Assembly (NCBI RefSeq): GCF_017348835.2
Contig: NZ_CP071375.1
DNA: 64,000 nt
Reading direction: 5' to 3' (one strand)
Origin: Escherichia coli
GTDB taxonomy: Bacteria > Pseudomonadota > Gammaproteobacteria > Enterobacterales > Enterobacteriaceae
The position numbers and the translations under genes were made by a program. The notes beneath the pieces are model-generated. The model worked only from the letters and a program-made list of their open reading frames with translations. It did not search any database and had not been told where the DNA came from. Positions 20,615-36,723 of the stretch are shown here, piece by piece; position 1 is the stretch's first letter, and the number at the start of each line of letters is the position of its first letter.

Positions 20615-21445
20615 TTATTTACCAATATAATTCCATTCACCATTTTTTAATTCAAACAGTTCTGGAAGAGATGACGGTTGCAGAGTCATACGTTTGAGTG
20701 GTGCATTTTCATCACCCGGGATAACTTTATATCCCATTTTTGCATGGATCTCCGCGGTACCGGGATAGGCTTCTATACCAATTATTGGGTCATTACCCAA
20801 CTCAATATTAGCATTAAGTAATGCGGCAAGGGCGAATCCGGAAGAATTTGCTACCCCTGTTACCGTCATTATCTGATCAATATAGATATCAATCCTTGGC
20901 TGCTCATTGGTCCATCTTTTTGCCTGAGAAGCTGGAAGGGTTGAAATATATCCTATCGTGGTTCCGGCATAACCAGGAACATTGCAACCAGGGCCTAATG
21001 TTATTTCATGAACTGTATAGTCCTCAACAGGATCGAAAGGGCTCTTCATAAATAAATTTAGCCGTAAACCTTCTGCTAACTCTGTGGTAGCATGCGCCTT
21101 TTTACATATGCCACCATATATTTCGTCTAAAGCTGAGGTGATTTTCAAGTTCCGATAGAGCATACGTCCTGTTGTTGTAATACCATCGGATTCTCTGCAT
21201 GCTCCTGTCACATAATTAAATGGCCAGGGCTCTTTACTAATATCAAGTTTTCTAATTTCGACAACGCTTTTTCCATCGTAATTATGGTTATTGCCACGAG
21301 TAAGAGGCAGAAGATAGATATTTTCCGTATCCAGGCGTGCACGTTCATATTTACGTGTTAACTCATTGTCGACTTTTGGATGATGAAGGAAGTGATTATT
21401 TATATAGAATTGGTTATTAGCGGCATTGCTTAATGGCATAGACAT
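20615..21445 (-). CDS. yjiC: Uncharacterised protein YjiC
   Basis: 276-aa ORF at the K-12 yjiC position and length; no recognisable motif. Confidence 0.7.
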   Translation of the reverse strand: MSMPLSNAANNQFYINNHFLHHPKVDNELTRKYERARLDTENIYLLPLTRGNNHNYDGKSVVEIRKLDISKEPWPFNYVTGACRESDGITTTGRMLYRNLKITSALDEIYGGICKKAHATTELAEGLRLNLFMKSPFDPVEDYTVHEITLGPGCNVPGYAGTTIGYISTLPASQAKRWTNEQPRIDIYIDQIMTVTGVANSSGFALAALLNANIELGNDPIIGIEAYPGTAEIHAKMGYKVIPGDENAPLKRMTLQPSSLPELFELKNGEWNYIGK

Positions 21446-22116
21446 AATAGTTACCTTTTATGAGTATTTCACTGATGTTTAGAAAAATAGATAAATTTTT
21501 CTGTAGTAAAAGAGAAGTAAACAAATGACATGCATGTTTCTGTTGTAGTGATATCAACTCTACACAGTGATATTAAATGGTAGGAAACACTCTAAAGTAT
21601 CAAAAAACGCTCATTTAAAATTATTTGCATGCAATTTAAAAGCATATCTTATTACTAATTGGAATTTGATGTTGCTATATTGAGGTCTATATTAATAATG
21701 CCTGTGAATGGTATTTTTGATGTATTTGATATGTTATCAATTTATATTATTTACAAACTAATTGTTTCAAATAATACATAGGTGATTATGCGGAAATAAA
21801 TAATTTCCAACCGGAATTAAGTAGCGGCGGTGACAAGTATTTTCATCTACGTAACTATTCGGAATATTCAGAATATACTAGCGGTTTTTTTTTGAGTTTG
21901 ATGATTTTTATCAAATCATGACTTTTTTCCTGAAAAGTCAGTAGATATTCATAGGCAAGTAAGGTTTTATACTTTGCTGACAGGATTCAGGCCTGTCTCA
22001 GACTGACATGGATGTAATGAACAAAAGGGAATGGCTATGGAAAATGAGCATCAATACAGTGGTGCCCGGTGTTCAGGGCAAGCCGCATATGTTGCTAAAC
22101 GTCAGGAGTGCGCAAA

Positions 22117-22509
22117 ATGATGCGCCAATCACTTCAGGCTGTTTTACCTAAAATTTCAGGCAATAAAACGTCATTGCTGCGTAAATCGGTATGCAGCGAT
22201 CTCCTCACTCTTTTTAATTCTCCTCATTCGGCATTACCGTCATTACTTGTTTCAGGCATGCCCGAGTGGCAAGTGCATAACCCGAGCGACAAACATCTCC
22301 AGAGCTGGTATTGCCGTCAGCTGCGTTCTGCACTGTTATTTCATGAGCCACGGATTGCGGCGTTGCAGGTTAATCTGAAAGAAGCGTACTGCCACACTCT
22401 GGCGATCAGCCTTGAGATAATGCTGTACCACGACGATGAACCGCTAACGTTTGATCTGGTCTGGGATAATGGCGGTTGGCGCAGTGCGACGCTGGAGAAT
22501 GTCAGCTAA
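22117..22509 (+). CDS. iraD: Anti-adapter protein IraD (RssB inhibitor)
   Basis: ORF 22108..22509; [19 protein letters not shown]... 130 aa from 22117; preceded by ~650 bp AT-rich intergenic region. Confidence 0.8.
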   Translation: MMRQSLQAVLPKISGNKTSLLRKSVCSDLLTLFNSPHSALPSLLVSGMPEWQVHNPSDKHLQSWYCRQLRSALLFHEPRIAALQVNLKEAYCHTLAISLEIMLYHDDEPLTFDLVWDNGGWRSATLENVS

Positions 22510-23413
22510 GCACAATCTCCAGCTCGCGCAGTTCACGCCAGAAGCGTTCGGCAACGGGATTCATGCGGGTATTCATCCGGTATGCATAGGCCTGAATCGG
22601 GATCACCAGTTCGTCCCGATTCAGTACAACGAGCTTCCCGCTGCGAATTTCTTGTTGGATGGCGTACTCCGGCAGCCAGGCAATCCCACAGCCGTCGAGG
22701 GCAACCTGCTTTAAAAGCTCGCTCATCGAAGAGACAAAAAAGGTGCTGAAACTTAACTCACTGTGGCGCGTCAGGGTGCGATTAATCAATCGCCCCATGT
22801 AGGAGTTGCGGCTGTAATTCAGTAACGGAAAGTGTGGCTGCGCGAGGTTAAAAAGTGCTTCTCCGTGTTCGTCACTGGCGCAGACAGGGAACAATTGAGA
22901 TTCAAATAAGCGAATGTGGTCAAACGGCGCTTCCAGCAAATCTTCGTCGTGAAAGGAAAAAATACAGTCACTTTGCCCTTCACGCAGTTTATCGACCGCT
23001 TCATCGACATCAATGGCTTCAATTGCCCAGGTAAAGAGCGGCGGCATCTGGCTGATAATGGACGGTAAAAGACCGAGGGAAAGAGAGTGTGCAGCGGCTA
23101 TCTTGATTTTACGTTGCGCGTAATCGCTGCCGCCACGCAGCTCTGCCAGATTGCTCTCTAACTGTTGCAACAGATGGCGGATCTGCGAATGGAAGATTTT
23201 CCCTTGTTCTGAGAGTTGCAGCGGCGTTACCTGGCGGTTAAACAATTCAACACCAATCGCCTGTTCCAGCGCACGGATGCGGCGGCTGAATGCCGGTTGC
23301 GAGACGTTGCGACTGACTGCCGCCTGGGAAAAATTGCGGCATTTTTCCAGGGTCAGAAAATCATAAAGCCATTTGGTTTCAATATTATGCAAAATCGCAC
23401 CACAGTCATCCAT
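22502..23413 (-). CDS. hypT: LysR-type transcriptional regulator HypT (YjiE)
   Basis: 303-aa ORF with N-terminal LysR HTH ([40 protein letters not shown]). Confidence 0.8.
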   Translation of the reverse strand: MDDCGAILHNIETKWLYDFLTLEKCRNFSQAAVSRNVSQPAFSRRIRALEQAIGVELFNRQVTPLQLSEQGKIFHSQIRHLLQQLESNLAELRGGSDYAQRKIKIAAAHSLSLGLLPSIISQMPPLFTWAIEAIDVDEAVDKLREGQSDCIFSFHDEDLLEAPFDHIRLFESQLFPVCASDEHGEALFNLAQPHFPLLNYSRNSYMGRLINRTLTRHSELSFSTFFVSSMSELLKQVALDGCGIAWLPEYAIQQEIRSGKLVVLNRDELVIPIQAYAYRMNTRMNPVAERFWRELRELEIVLS

Positions 23414-23477
23414 TACGTTTTACTCTGTCAGCCGCCCTTGCGGGCATTCTACGTCCATTCGGGCGGCTGACAACCGT

Positions 23478-24650
23478 TTAAGCCGTTTCAAACGTTCCTT
23501 TCACGCAGGCTTTGCCGTCTTTGACCATCAGTTTGCCGCGAGCGTATACCTGCTCAATGCGCAGTTCTGGCGTCATGACCAGCAAGTCAGCATCATTGCC
23601 TGGCAGAATTTCGCCTTTCCCGGTCAGGTTAAGGAAACCGGCTACGCTACTGGTGAGCGGGCGCAGGGCATCGCTGATACTGAAATCATAGTCTTTGACC
23701 AGCACCTGCACGATTTCCAGCAACGTTTCAAAACCTGCAACACCGATATGGGTTAAATTCCCTTCGTCATCGAAGAACGGCTGGCTACCGTTGCCGTCGG
23801 AGCTGAGGGTGACGCGTGCCAGCGGAATACCCGCCTGAACGGCGCGGGCAATACCTTCGGCAGGGGCGACCGGTTCGTCAATGCTGCTGGTGATATCGAT
23901 GGTGCCGCCTTTGCGCGCGAACTCCAGCGCCTGCTCAAACAACGGCACGTTGCGGTTAACGTGGGTCGGCAGCAGCTTGCTGATCGGCACATCGCAGTTT
24001 TCCAGCAGGTCATAAATAGGCTGTAACGCCTTTTTACTGTCGCCCATGTGGAACACGGTGACGCCAGGTTTACCGCCGAGCAAACCGCCAACGCGGGATT
24101 CTGCCGCCATATTGGCCAGGTGATAAACGTCCGGTGCGGCAGAACGGTGATCAGAGATGGCGCATTTCACGCCAATCACACGATCGATAATCGCCACGTC
24201 TTTTTCCACGGAACCCGTAATGGTGCGGGAAGGGACATGATAAGCGCCGGTCAGCATCCAGGCGCTGATGCCTTCTTCATTGAGCGCACGGGTCTTGGCG
24301 AGCAGGGATTCCGGGTGGCGAGAGATAGAGTCGGTGCCCAGCAGACCAACCACTGACGTGACGCCCGCTTCCGTCAGGCGACTTAGCGCCACTTCCGGCG
24401 TGCGCGTCGTGGGACCTGCTTCGCCGCCACCGCCAATCAAATGGACGTGTTGATCAATAAAACCTGGGCAGAGGATCTGCCCACTGAGATCGACAACCGT
24501 GCAGTTCGGTACAATGTCAGAAGGGATATTGCTGGCAACGGCGATAATTTTGCCGTTAGCGACGAGGACATCGCAAATTCCCCGATCTTCCGGCGCATAC
24601 AAATGCGCTCCCTGCAGCAGGGTAAAACCGGCTGCGGTATAATCAATCAT
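23478..24650 (-). CDS. iadA: Isoaspartyl dipeptidase
   Basis: 390-aa ORF; amidohydrolase metal-binding motif (DQHVHLIGGGGEAGP). Confidence 0.85.
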   Translation of the reverse strand: MIDYTAAGFTLLQGAHLYAPEDRGICDVLVANGKIIAVASNIPSDIVPNCTVVDLSGQILCPGFIDQHVHLIGGGGEAGPTTRTPEVALSRLTEAGVTSVVGLLGTDSISRHPESLLAKTRALNEEGISAWMLTGAYHVPSRTITGSVEKDVAIIDRVIGVKCAISDHRSAAPDVYHLANMAAESRVGGLLGGKPGVTVFHMGDSKKALQPIYDLLENCDVPISKLLPTHVNRNVPLFEQALEFARKGGTIDITSSIDEPVAPAEGIARAVQAGIPLARVTLSSDGNGSQPFFDDEGNLTHIGVAGFETLLEIVQVLVKDYDFSISDALRPLTSSVAGFLNLTGKGEILPGNDADLLVMTPELRIEQVYARGKLMVKDGKACVKGTFETA

Positions 24651-24662
24651 GGTAACTCCTTG

Positions 24663-25124
24663 TTAAACAATAAGCTGCATAACCCAGATCGACAGCAATG
24701 CGTTAATCACGCAGACCGTAATGATATGCGGGTAATATTTGGCATTCACTTCGGCTGTCCCCAGGCAGCGACCGACATTTTGCACCGGGTTGCCCATTAA
24801 ATACATCGCGGGCAGTAAAACGGTGACATCGTGACCGGTTAATGCGCCAGCGGTTGCCAGACTGGCGGCAACACCGACTGCGCCACCCATACTCATTAAT
24901 GCGGCTAAAAGGACGGTTGCCGCTTCACCGGGTAATCCCCACAGCGCCATTACGGGTTCACAGATATGCCCCACCCAGTCGAGCAGGCCGGTAATTTTCA
25001 GCGCCTGAATGATGACAAACGCCATCACCACGTTTGGCAGCAGGTTGGTCGTGGCGATAGTAAAGCCACGGCGCGCGCCATCGATAAACATATCCATGAC
25101 GTTTTTGCGGACCTGAGTTGTCAT
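24663..25124 (-). CDS. yjiG: Inner membrane protein YjiG
   Basis: 153-aa hydrophobic ORF; stop/start overlap with yjiH. Confidence 0.75.
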   Translation of the reverse strand: MTTQVRKNVMDMFIDGARRGFTIATTNLLPNVVMAFVIIQALKITGLLDWVGHICEPVMALWGLPGEAATVLLAALMSMGGAVGVAASLATAGALTGHDVTVLLPAMYLMGNPVQNVGRCLGTAEVNAKYYPHIITVCVINALLSIWVMQLIV

Positions 25125-25804
25125 GCTTGCGCTCCTTGCGTTGGGTTGCGACGTTCTTCGAAGTTAAGCCAGACGCGCAAAATGTTGGCTCCGACAAATT
25201 TAAACACCAGGATGACGGCTAAAGGTACGATTACGGACGTGCCCAGAAAGGCGAACACCGCGACGCCGGAAGAGAAGTAGTTGGTGATGATGGCGCTACC
25301 GCTGGTTTGATATGCGGCGAAAATCACTTTATCGCGTTCGGTAATTTCACCTTCCTGCGCCAGCTCTTTGGTCATACCGGCGGCGGCATCCGTGTTTTGC
25401 AGGTTAGCGATCAGCGCCAGCGAGCAGATCCCTGGAATGCCCAACAACGGTTTTAGCACAGGTGTCATTAACTGCTGCGCGGCGCGTAATCCACCAAGAC
25501 CATCGGTAATTGAAATAATCCCCAGAGAGAGAATGACTGACGGTGCCAGCTCCAGCGCAAAGAGAAATCCATCTTTAGCCCCCGCGCCACCCGCCCCGCG
25601 AAATGAGGTGGTTGCTCCATTCGCACCAGGCAGTTGCCCAAACGATCCGTTCAGAACGGAAAAATCAAAAACGCGCCACCAGCTGTCTGTCCCGGAAAAA
25701 ACACCGGAAAAAAAGATTATGGTGAGAAAAAAAGCCAGATACCCTTTAATGCCCACTTTTTCTGTCGCCAGCTCCCCGGCTACAGCATCCCCTTGTTGTG
25801 TCAT
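25121..25804 (-). CDS. yjiH: Inner membrane protein YjiH
   Basis: ORF 25121..25816; 227 aa from ATG 25804; membrane protein co-oriented with yjiG and iadA. Confidence 0.75.
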   Translation of the reverse strand: MTQQGDAVAGELATEKVGIKGYLAFFLTIIFFSGVFSGTDSWWRVFDFSVLNGSFGQLPGANGATTSFRGAGGAGAKDGFLFALELAPSVILSLGIISITDGLGGLRAAQQLMTPVLKPLLGIPGICSLALIANLQNTDAAAGMTKELAQEGEITERDKVIFAAYQTSGSAIITNYFSSGVAVFAFLGTSVIVPLAVILVFKFVGANILRVWLNFEERRNPTQGAQA

Positions 25805-26053
25805 AACAATCCCCATTGTTTTTTTGTGTTTGTGTGTTGCTTGAGCCAGGAAAATTCCTGGAACTGAAAAACCTTATCAGCCATGTGGGTATGGGGAAAA
25901 TGCAAGTATGTTTCTGGCTATGCGTTTTTTGCATAGCGGAAAAATTACGCTGTGTGGAAAAGGTTCTGCGCAGGATTGAGTTGCAGAAAATTCATAAACC
26001 CAGTGACAATGACATTAGTAAATAAAAACAGAAAATCCAGGGACGAAAACGCG

Positions 26054-26608
26054 ATGGCAAAGTACAACGAAAAAGAGCTGGCGGATACGAGCAAGTTTTT
26101 AAGTTTTGTCCTCCGACACAAACCGGAGGCGATTGGTATCGTACTTGACTGTGAAGGATGGGCGGATATCGATAAGCTCATACTTTGTGCCCAAAAAGCG
26201 GGCAAGCGATTAACCCGTGCATTGCTGGATACAGTGGTCGCAACCAGCGATAAAAAGCGTTTTAGTTATTCCAGTGATGGTAGGTGCATCCGCGCGGTTC
26301 AGGGGCATTCGACTTCGCAGGTCGCTATTTCCTTTGCCGAAAAAACACCGCCACAGTTTCTCTACCACGGTACGGCAAGCCGTTTCCTTGACGAGATAAA
26401 AAAACAGGGGCTGATTGCAGGGGATCGTCATTACGTGCATCTCTCTGCTGATGAAGCAACGGCACGCAAAGTGGGAGCAAGACACGGATCGCCGGTTATC
26501 TTAACCGTCAAAGCACAGGAAATGGCGAAACGAGGCCTCCCTTTCTGGCAAGCGGAAAACGGGGTCTGGCTGACATCAACGGTTGCTGTTGAGTTTCTTG
26601 AGTGGTAA
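26054..26608 (+). CDS. kptA: RNA 2'-phosphotransferase (Tpt1 family)
   Basis: ORF 25952..26608; ATG 26054 ([28 protein letters not shown]) gives 184 aa. Confidence 0.8.
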   Translation: MAKYNEKELADTSKFLSFVLRHKPEAIGIVLDCEGWADIDKLILCAQKAGKRLTRALLDTVVATSDKKRFSYSSDGRCIRAVQGHSTSQVAISFAEKTPPQFLYHGTASRFLDEIKKQGLIAGDRHYVHLSADEATARKVGARHGSPVILTVKAQEMAKRGLPFWQAENGVWLTSTVAVEFLEW

Positions 26609-26620
26609 GGGAAACACTCC

Positions 26621-27799
26621 TCATGAAGTGACCACTTGCAGCTTAAATAATTGTACTGTGCTGATAAGCGCAGCAATAAACAACGCCGCCGCGCCGCAGA
26701 GAGTGGCGCCGGCAAGCGCCGATGTTCCATTGCCGAGCATACTGGTCAGCGCCGGGCCGAGGATTTGTCCAATGCCGTAAATGAGCGTCACAAAGCCTAA
26801 AAGATTGAGATTTCCCGGAACGCTCAGTTGGCGGGCGATAGTCATCACCAGAGATGTCGTGCCCATAAAGGTACCGCCAAAACCGATACTACTAATGATA
26901 AGCAAGAGAGGAGAGTCGCTGGCGAGAGTAAGCAGCACACTGATAGCCTGCACCAGCAAATTCGCCGTCAGGCAAGGCAAAGCCCCCCAACGTTTTGCTG
27001 CCCATAGCCAGCCAAAGCAGCCTGGCACAATTGATAAGCCGACTAACGTCCAGAGATGGGCGGTTAACAATGGTGAGCCTGCATCTTTCGCCATGAGCGG
27101 CAGGTAAGTCGCGACGATGATATAACCAAATCCCGCCAGGCCGTACAGAATAGCCAGTAACCACCAGCTCATTATCTGTTGCTCCGTTTTTGCCAATGGC
27201 ATTGGTGCGATGGCGTGTTTTTTCGAGGGCATTAAAAGCGTAAGTGCAATCAGCATCATGCCAGAAAGCGCCCCGGCGCCTTGCCATAACGTTTGCGAGG
27301 ATAAGGCAAAATGCAGGCCTGCCAGAACATATTCGTTGCCCAGTGCAATGCCAATGCCAACGCCAGAAAACAAAGCTGCCAGCACAAAAGGATGGCGCGT
27401 GTGCTGCATAATCAGCGTCGAACCAAAAATCAGCATACCGGCGCTGGCGACACCCGCCAGGAAGCGAATCAATAACACCAGAATAAATGGCGGCAACCAT
27501 GCCATTGCGAGGATCAACAACCCGCTCGCCAGGGCAGAAACCAACAGAAATGGGCGCAGGCGCGACGGCTGGTGAAATGCGCCAAACGAAAATAGCAGAC
27601 TGCCAGCCAGATACCCCGCATAGTTGCCGCTGGCAATCCACGAGAGCTGGCTAAATGAAAACGCCCCTTCCGCCATCATGACGGGCAACATAGGCGTATA
27701 AAGGAAGCGACCTAATCCCATACCTAAGGTCAGAACCAGCATCCCGAAAAGCGCGGTGCTGAAAGAAAAGCGTTCTACGGGATGCGAGGACGAAGGCAT
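26621..27799 (-). CDS. yjiJ: MFS transporter YjiJ
   Basis: 392-aa polytopic membrane ORF at the K-12 yjiJ position. Confidence 0.75.
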   Translation of the reverse strand: MPSSSHPVERFSFSTALFGMLVLTLGMGLGRFLYTPMLPVMMAEGAFSFSQLSWIASGNYAGYLAGSLLFSFGAFHQPSRLRPFLLVSALASGLLILAMAWLPPFILVLLIRFLAGVASAGMLIFGSTLIMQHTRHPFVLAALFSGVGIGIALGNEYVLAGLHFALSSQTLWQGAGALSGMMLIALTLLMPSKKHAIAPMPLAKTEQQIMSWWLLAILYGLAGFGYIIVATYLPLMAKDAGSPLLTAHLWTLVGLSIVPGCFGWLWAAKRWGALPCLTANLLVQAISVLLTLASDSPLLLIISSIGFGGTFMGTTSLVMTIARQLSVPGNLNLLGFVTLIYGIGQILGPALTSMLGNGTSALAGATLCGAAALFIAALISTVQLFKLQVVTS

Positions 27800-27866
27800 G
27801 TTTAACCTTGTATGTCATTTTTGTTGTTAACAAGTTAATAACAAAAAGGTGAAATATGCCAGCCTG

Positions 27867-30974
<3,108 letters not shown>

Positions 30975-31089
30975 GATTTTCCTTCCCCGTACCACGGGAG
31001 ATAATGAAAAGAGGCCACATTATTACCATTCTTTTAGTGTGGTTTATTTGATCTCTCTCGCGGTTAGCCACTTAGTTTTTCATGGATTT

Positions 31090-32370
31090 CTAAAAATTGC
31101 CGAGGGGGAACAAGGCCGGGAGCTGCGACAACAAATATAAAATTAGCCCAATACAACCGCCAACCAGCGTACCGTTGACACGGATAAACTGCAGATCTTT
31201 GCCGATATTTAACTCGATTTGCCGCGACATATCCCGCGCATCCCAGCTTTTTACTGTATCGCTGATGTGGCGCGTCAGGAATGCGGAAAACTCAGGCGCG
31301 ACGCGGTGCGCGGCTTGTTCCAGGTGACCATTTAACGACGCCCGTAAGGCATCATCGGCAATTAATGTTTCGCCAAACCATTGACCCGCCCGCGCGATAC
31401 GTTCTTTCACACGAGAATCTTCACTGTTGATATCCGCTTTCAGCCATTCCCGTAAATCCCCCCACAATTCACTGAGATAGCGGTTAAAAGCTTCATCTTC
31501 TTTCAGATAACTTTTTACGGCATCGGCTCGCGCTGCCATTTCCGGATCGTTTTTCAACTTGTCGATCAGGGCAAAAGTGGCGCGATCAAACGCATGGCGG
31601 ATCTGATGTGCACGATCGCGGCTGATATCATCAAGCAAAGAATTCACCGCGTCAGAAACCAACTCCGCGCTATGTTCGCCCAGCCATTCAGTAGGCAAAA
31701 TTTTGGCTTTCAGCGGATGCTCGCTCTCCAGCCAGCGAACAATTTGCTGGGCAATAAACTTGCGCGATTTATCGCGCTGGAGAAGAGCAATCAACTGCGC
31801 GATCAGCGTATCCAGCAGCACCTGATGACGATCGTTTTTGGTCATACTCTCCAGCATCAACGCACTGGTGCCGGAAAGATCGACCTTATCAATCGCCCGA
31901 TGGACCGCGCGCTTAAGCAGGCGCTGAATACGCGCATCATCGGTCAGTTCAAGAAAACCGCTCATGATCTGCAACAGATGCTGACCAACGCGGCGGGCGT
32001 TATCCGGCTGACTAAACCAGTTGCCAATCAACAACGCAGGTTCGTGACGTCGAATCAATGCTACCAGCGACTGGGTATCGAGAAATTTTTCCTGCACGAA
32101 CTGGCCGAGATTTTCGCCAATCCGGTCCTTATTACGCGGGATAATCGCCGTATGACGAGAAATGATCGGAATCGGCACGCGGCGAAACAGCGCCACCACC
32201 GCAAACCAGTCCGCCAGCGCGCCGACCATCGCCGCTTCAGCAATCGCCTTCACACCGCTCACCCAAAAATTGGGCGGCAAAAACAGCGTAACGACAAAGG
32301 TAGCAGCGGCGATAAGCAGTAAAGAGAGCGCCAACATTTTGGCGCGTCTGAGTTCAATGAGTTTATTCAT
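31090..32370 (-). CDS. yjiN: Inner membrane protein YjiN (DUF445)
   Basis: 426-aa ORF with N-terminal TM segments, at the K-12 yjiN position. Confidence 0.75.
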   Translation of the reverse strand: MNKLIELRRAKMLALSLLLIAAATFVVTLFLPPNFWVSGVKAIAEAAMVGALADWFAVVALFRRVPIPIISRHTAIIPRNKDRIGENLGQFVQEKFLDTQSLVALIRRHEPALLIGNWFSQPDNARRVGQHLLQIMSGFLELTDDARIQRLLKRAVHRAIDKVDLSGTSALMLESMTKNDRHQVLLDTLIAQLIALLQRDKSRKFIAQQIVRWLESEHPLKAKILPTEWLGEHSAELVSDAVNSLLDDISRDRAHQIRHAFDRATFALIDKLKNDPEMAARADAVKSYLKEDEAFNRYLSELWGDLREWLKADINSEDSRVKERIARAGQWFGETLIADDALRASLNGHLEQAAHRVAPEFSAFLTRHISDTVKSWDARDMSRQIELNIGKDLQFIRVNGTLVGGCIGLILYLLSQLPALFPLGNF

Positions 32371-32410
32371 AACGTTAAGAATAGAGCCTGACGGCAGGAT
32401 CGCGCAAAAA

Positions 32411-33643
32411 TCACTGCTCCTCCGCCAGCTCGGCAGCCTGATGTTGGCGCACGCGATTGAGCAATCCTGCCAGGGTGAAAACGACGATAACGCCCGCCAC
32501 GACGGCTAACAGATGAAACGGCAAGCGACCGCCGTTAAACCACATCCAGCGGCCGATTTCGACTGAGACAGACATCACCATCAGGATCACCATATTCAGC
32601 GATGCGGAGACGGTCCCTTTCGGTAAGTTATTGGAAAACAGCGTAAAGCGGAATAAGGTCGGGAAGATCAAACCAATCCCGAAAGCATACAGACTGGTGC
32701 CCAGCACCGACCACAGCCAGACGTGCGGTGACAGCAGATTGCCGATAATCAACAGCGCGAGGCCGACCAGTTGAATGGGTACGGCACGCCAGATAAAGCG
32801 CGGTTCGGTCGGATCTTTAACGAAACGCGCCACGATGGCATTCGCGACAATCACCGCGCCGAACACCGGAACCTGTGTCCAGGCGAACTGCGAAGTTGTT
32901 AAGCCGCCCGCGTCGATCAGGATCACCGGCGAGACAGCCACCCAACTCATCATTGGGATATAGCTTAAAGAGATGGTTGCTGCGCCAAAGAGGAACAGCC
33001 GATTGCAAAAGACATTACGAAAATCGCGCAAGACGCTTTTGGCGCTAAATGGAACCGCGCCGCGCTTCACCGTCTCTGGCATCGCCAGCAGTAAGCCAAC
33101 AAATGAGATAAACCCCATAACCGCAATGATGGCAAAAAGGACTTTCCAGTGCACAAAGTGCATCAGAGCTGCGCCGGAAAGCGGGCCAATAATCGGCGCA
33201 ATCAGTACGATGGAGGTGATAATCGCCATCAACTTAATCCCTTTTGTCTGTCCGAACGCCTCCTGCACCGTGACATAACCAACGGTAGCAATAAAACAGA
33301 TACTGGTGCCCTGAATTGCACGCGCGATAAGAAACTGTGTCATAGACGTTGTGAACATTGTCGCAGCGCAGGCAAGGGTAAATATTAGCGCCCCGGTAAT
33401 CAGCACCGGCCTGCGGCCAATCCTGTCGGAAAGCGGCCCCAGCAGCCACTGTAACGCCATACCGCCCGCGAGATAGAGACTGACGGCAGCCGGAGCCAGA
33501 CTGACATCGGCATTAAAATCACGGACCACATTAATGATCCCCGGCTGGATCAGATCCGTCGAAAGATAGGCGGCAAAGTCATACAAAATCAACGCCATCG
33601 GGAAAAACAGCGTAGCGGCATGGCGGGCAAAAAAACGTGGCAT
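32411..33643 (-). CDS. mdtM: Multidrug efflux MFS transporter
   Basis: ORF 32411..33652; ATG 33643 ([23 protein letters not shown]) gives 410 aa. Confidence 0.8.
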   Translation of the reverse strand: MPRFFARHAATLFFPMALILYDFAAYLSTDLIQPGIINVVRDFNADVSLAPAAVSLYLAGGMALQWLLGPLSDRIGRRPVLITGALIFTLACAATMFTTSMTQFLIARAIQGTSICFIATVGYVTVQEAFGQTKGIKLMAIITSIVLIAPIIGPLSGAALMHFVHWKVLFAIIAVMGFISFVGLLLAMPETVKRGAVPFSAKSVLRDFRNVFCNRLFLFGAATISLSYIPMMSWVAVSPVILIDAGGLTTSQFAWTQVPVFGAVIVANAIVARFVKDPTEPRFIWRAVPIQLVGLALLIIGNLLSPHVWLWSVLGTSLYAFGIGLIFPTLFRFTLFSNNLPKGTVSASLNMVILMVMSVSVEIGRWMWFNGGRLPFHLLAVVAGVIVVFTLAGLLNRVRQHQAAELAEEQ

Positions 33644-34109
33644 AACAAACAACTCCTTGTCCGGAGAACCCCAACGGGGAAAACGAAATTCAATACCGTC
33701 GGTAATGACGAAAGGCAGGCGAGAAGGACAAATGTACTGAATTTCATGTAATCAACCACACTGCCTGTGAACACACAGACAGAGAAATACCTTCTGACTC
33801 CAGGTCAGAATGTATAACGATTACAAATAGTCATCAGCACATTACACCTCTTTAATTGATGGGTTGCATAGAAAATATACACCTTAAGTGTAATTAAAAT
33901 TTGCGGTTAATCAAAAGAGCGCGGTGGAAAGGGGAATATCTGCCGGGTACAGGAAATGTAAAACGCGAGCCTGTTTCCGGAAAAATGTATCGTTTGCAGA
34001 GGAACAAAAATAGCCTGGAAAGCACCTCGGGGAACGAGAAATTGCCGGGTGAGAATGGTTTTGTTAGTCGCTACAGTCGGGCCATCTTATCTACAGGTGA
34101 CGGATCGCC

Positions 34110-35066
34110 ATGACAAACTTCACGACCAGCACGCCGCATGACGCATTATTTAAATCCTTTCTCATGCACCCTGACACCGCGCGGGATTTTATGGAGATCC
34201 ACTTACCTAAAGATTTACGTGAACAGTGCGATCTCGACAGTTTAAAACTGGAATCCGCCAGCTTTGTCGATGAAAAATTGCGGGCGCTACACTCCGATAT
34301 TCTGTGGTCGGTAAAGACCCGTGAAGGTGGTGGTTATATTTACGTAGTGATTGAACATCAGAGCCGTGAGGATATTCATATGGCCTTTCGCCTGATGCGA
34401 TATTCCATGGCGGTGATGCAGCGCCATATTGAGCATGATAAACGCCGGCCGCTACCGCTGGTCATCCCGATGCTGTTTTATCACGGTAGCCGTAGTCCTT
34501 ATCCCTGGTCCCTGTGCTGGCTGGACGAATTTGCCGACCCGACTACCGCACGGAAGCTTTATACCGCCGCGTTCCCGCTGGTGGATATCACTGTCGTGCC
34601 AGACGACGTGATTGTGCAGCATCGCAGAGTCGCCCTGTTGGAGTTGATCCAAAAGCATATTCGCCAGCGCGATCTGATGGAGCTTATCGATCAACTGGTA
34701 GTATTACTGGTTACAGAGTGTGCTAATGACAGCCAGATAACTGCGCTGTTAAATTACATTTTACTGACTGGCGATGAAGCGCGTTTTAAGGCGTTTATCA
34801 GCGAACTTACCAGGCGAATGCCACACCACAGGGAGCGAATAATGACAATTGCAGAGCGAATTCATAATGATGGATGGCTGTTGGGAAGGGAGAGGGGGAG
34901 GAAAGAAGGGAAAGTAGAAGGGGAACGGAGCCTCCTCCGATTGTTGTTGCAGAATGGGGCCGATCCTGAATGGATACAACGATATACCGGACTTTCGGCA
35001 GAGCAAATGCAGGCATTAGATCAGCCCTTGCCTGAAAGCAAGCGTGATCCATGGATCGAGTACTAA
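34110..35066 (+). CDS. rpnD: Recombination-promoting nuclease RpnD (YhgA-like, PD-(D/E)XK)
   Basis: 318-aa [36 protein letters not shown]..., characteristic N-terminus of YhgA-like Rpn proteins. Confidence 0.75.
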   Translation: MTNFTTSTPHDALFKSFLMHPDTARDFMEIHLPKDLREQCDLDSLKLESASFVDEKLRALHSDILWSVKTREGGGYIYVVIEHQSREDIHMAFRLMRYSMAVMQRHIEHDKRRPLPLVIPMLFYHGSRSPYPWSLCWLDEFADPTTARKLYTAAFPLVDITVVPDDVIVQHRRVALLELIQKHIRQRDLMELIDQLVVLLVTECANDSQITALLNYILLTGDEARFKAFISELTRRMPHHRERIMTIAERIHNDGWLLGRERGRKEGKVEGERSLLRLLLQNGADPEWIQRYTGLSAEQMQALDQPLPESKRDPWIEY

Positions 35067-35308
35067 TCAGAGACGGATGACAAACGCAAAGCAGCCTGAT
35101 GCGCTACACTTATCAAGTCTACATAACCCATTCAATATATTGAACTTTAAAGATTTTGTAGTCCTGGTAAGGCGTTCACATGGCATCCGGCATGAACGAA
35201 GCGCACTTTGCCTAAGCCATGCTGGAACGTGGCGATTACCCTGCAAAGATAAAACGAGTCACATGCTAGTCGTGAGAGAAAATCAGGGGCCTCGCCACTA
35301 ATTCGAAT

Positions 35309-36723
35309 TCATTCCATTGCCCGATACACGGCCTCGCCAATTTGCTTCAGTGCTTCGCGATAGGTTTCGCTGAGCGGCAAAGCGCAGTTGATGCGCAGAC
35401 AATTACGGTATTTGCCGGAAGCCGAGAAAATCGAGCCTGCCGCCACCTGGATTTTCATGCGGTACAGCTGCCGCGCGACGCAGACCATATCGACCTGTTC
35501 AGGCAATTCGATCCACAGTAAAAATCCGCCTTTCGGGCGCGTAATACAGATTTCGCAGGGAAAATATTCCCGTATCCAGCAGGTATAAAGCGCCAGATTG
35601 CGCTGATAAGTCTGCCGCATCCGCCGGATATGGCGATGATAGTGACCTTCCAGCACAAACGTTGCCGCCGCCATTTGCGTGGACGGCACATTAAAGCTGC
35701 TGATGGCGTATTTCATATGCATCAGTTTATCGTGATAACGCCCCGGTGCGACCCAACCCACGCGCAGGCCTGGAGCAATACTTTTACTGAACGAGCTGCA
35801 CAACAACACTCGCCCGTCGATATCCCATGAATGGATGGTCCGCGGGCGCGGATACTCCGTTGCCAGTTCGCCGTAGACATCATCTTCAAAAATCACAATA
35901 TCATGACGCTGAGCGAGAGAGAGAGAACGGCCCGTTTGCGTGCGTCCGGCATAATAAATCCCAGCGGATTATTACAGTTTGGCACCAGAATGATGCCTTT
36001 AATCGGCCACTGTTCCAGCGCCAGTTCCAGCGCTTCAACGCTGATGCCAGTTTCTGGATCGGTTGGGATTTCAATCACTTTCACGCCCATACCGCGCAGC
36101 ATTTGCATCGAACCGTAATAACAGGGGGATTCGACCGCGACAATATCGCCCGGTTTACACACCGCCATTAACGCCAGCGACATCGAGTTATGGCAGCCGC
36201 TGGTGATAATGATGTCATCGGCGGTGACCACCGAGCCGCTGTCGAGCATCAGGCGGGCAATCTGCTCTCGCAATACCCGCTGACCGGCTAACAAGTCATA
36301 ACCGAGCACGGTTTGTAGATTATGCTGCACCACCCGGCTTAGCTCACGCCAGAGTGGTTTCAGGCTGGGCGTTTCGACATCCGGCGTGCTTTTGCTTAAC
36401 GGAACAATGGAACTGTCGCTATGCGCCTCCAGCATATCCAGCACCTGATCCCACTGGGTAATTTCCACCGGGCGCTGCACCGGACGCGTCATCGGCGGTA
36501 CAGGCGGCTGGGCTTTACGTTGTGCGACAAAATAACCCGAACGCGGCTGCGGAGTGATGAGCTTCATCGTCTCCAGCGTCTGGTACGCCTGCTGCACGGT
36601 GCTGATGCTGACGCCGTGCTCCTGACTTAAGCTGCGCACCGACAGCAATTTCTCCCCGTGACGATACAGCCCTTGCTCAATCCGCTCGGCAAGCAGAGTT
36701 GCCAGATGTTGATAACGCGTCAT
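35309..36723 (-). pseudogene. yjiR: MocR-type GntR regulator with aminotransferase domain (YjiR), split by a frameshift in a (GA)6/(TC)6 repeat
   Basis: ORFs 35893..36723 and 35309..35896 are the N- and C-terminal parts of one ~470-aa protein; they change frame inside GAGAGAGAGAGA (35915..35926; encoded SLSL). Confidence 0.75.

Noticed and set aside
21446..22107. Hidden small gene or RNA in the 660-bp AT-rich yjiC-iraD intergenic region
   Set aside because: No ORF with a plausible start/RBS and no recognisable RNA structure; consistent with the long promoter/leader region of iraD.
34110..35066. rpnD as an IS transposase
   Set aside because: It is a YhgA-like PD-(D/E)XK (transposase_31-type) protein, but there are no terminal inverted repeats or target-site duplications; it is a chromosomal single-copy gene at the K-12 position.
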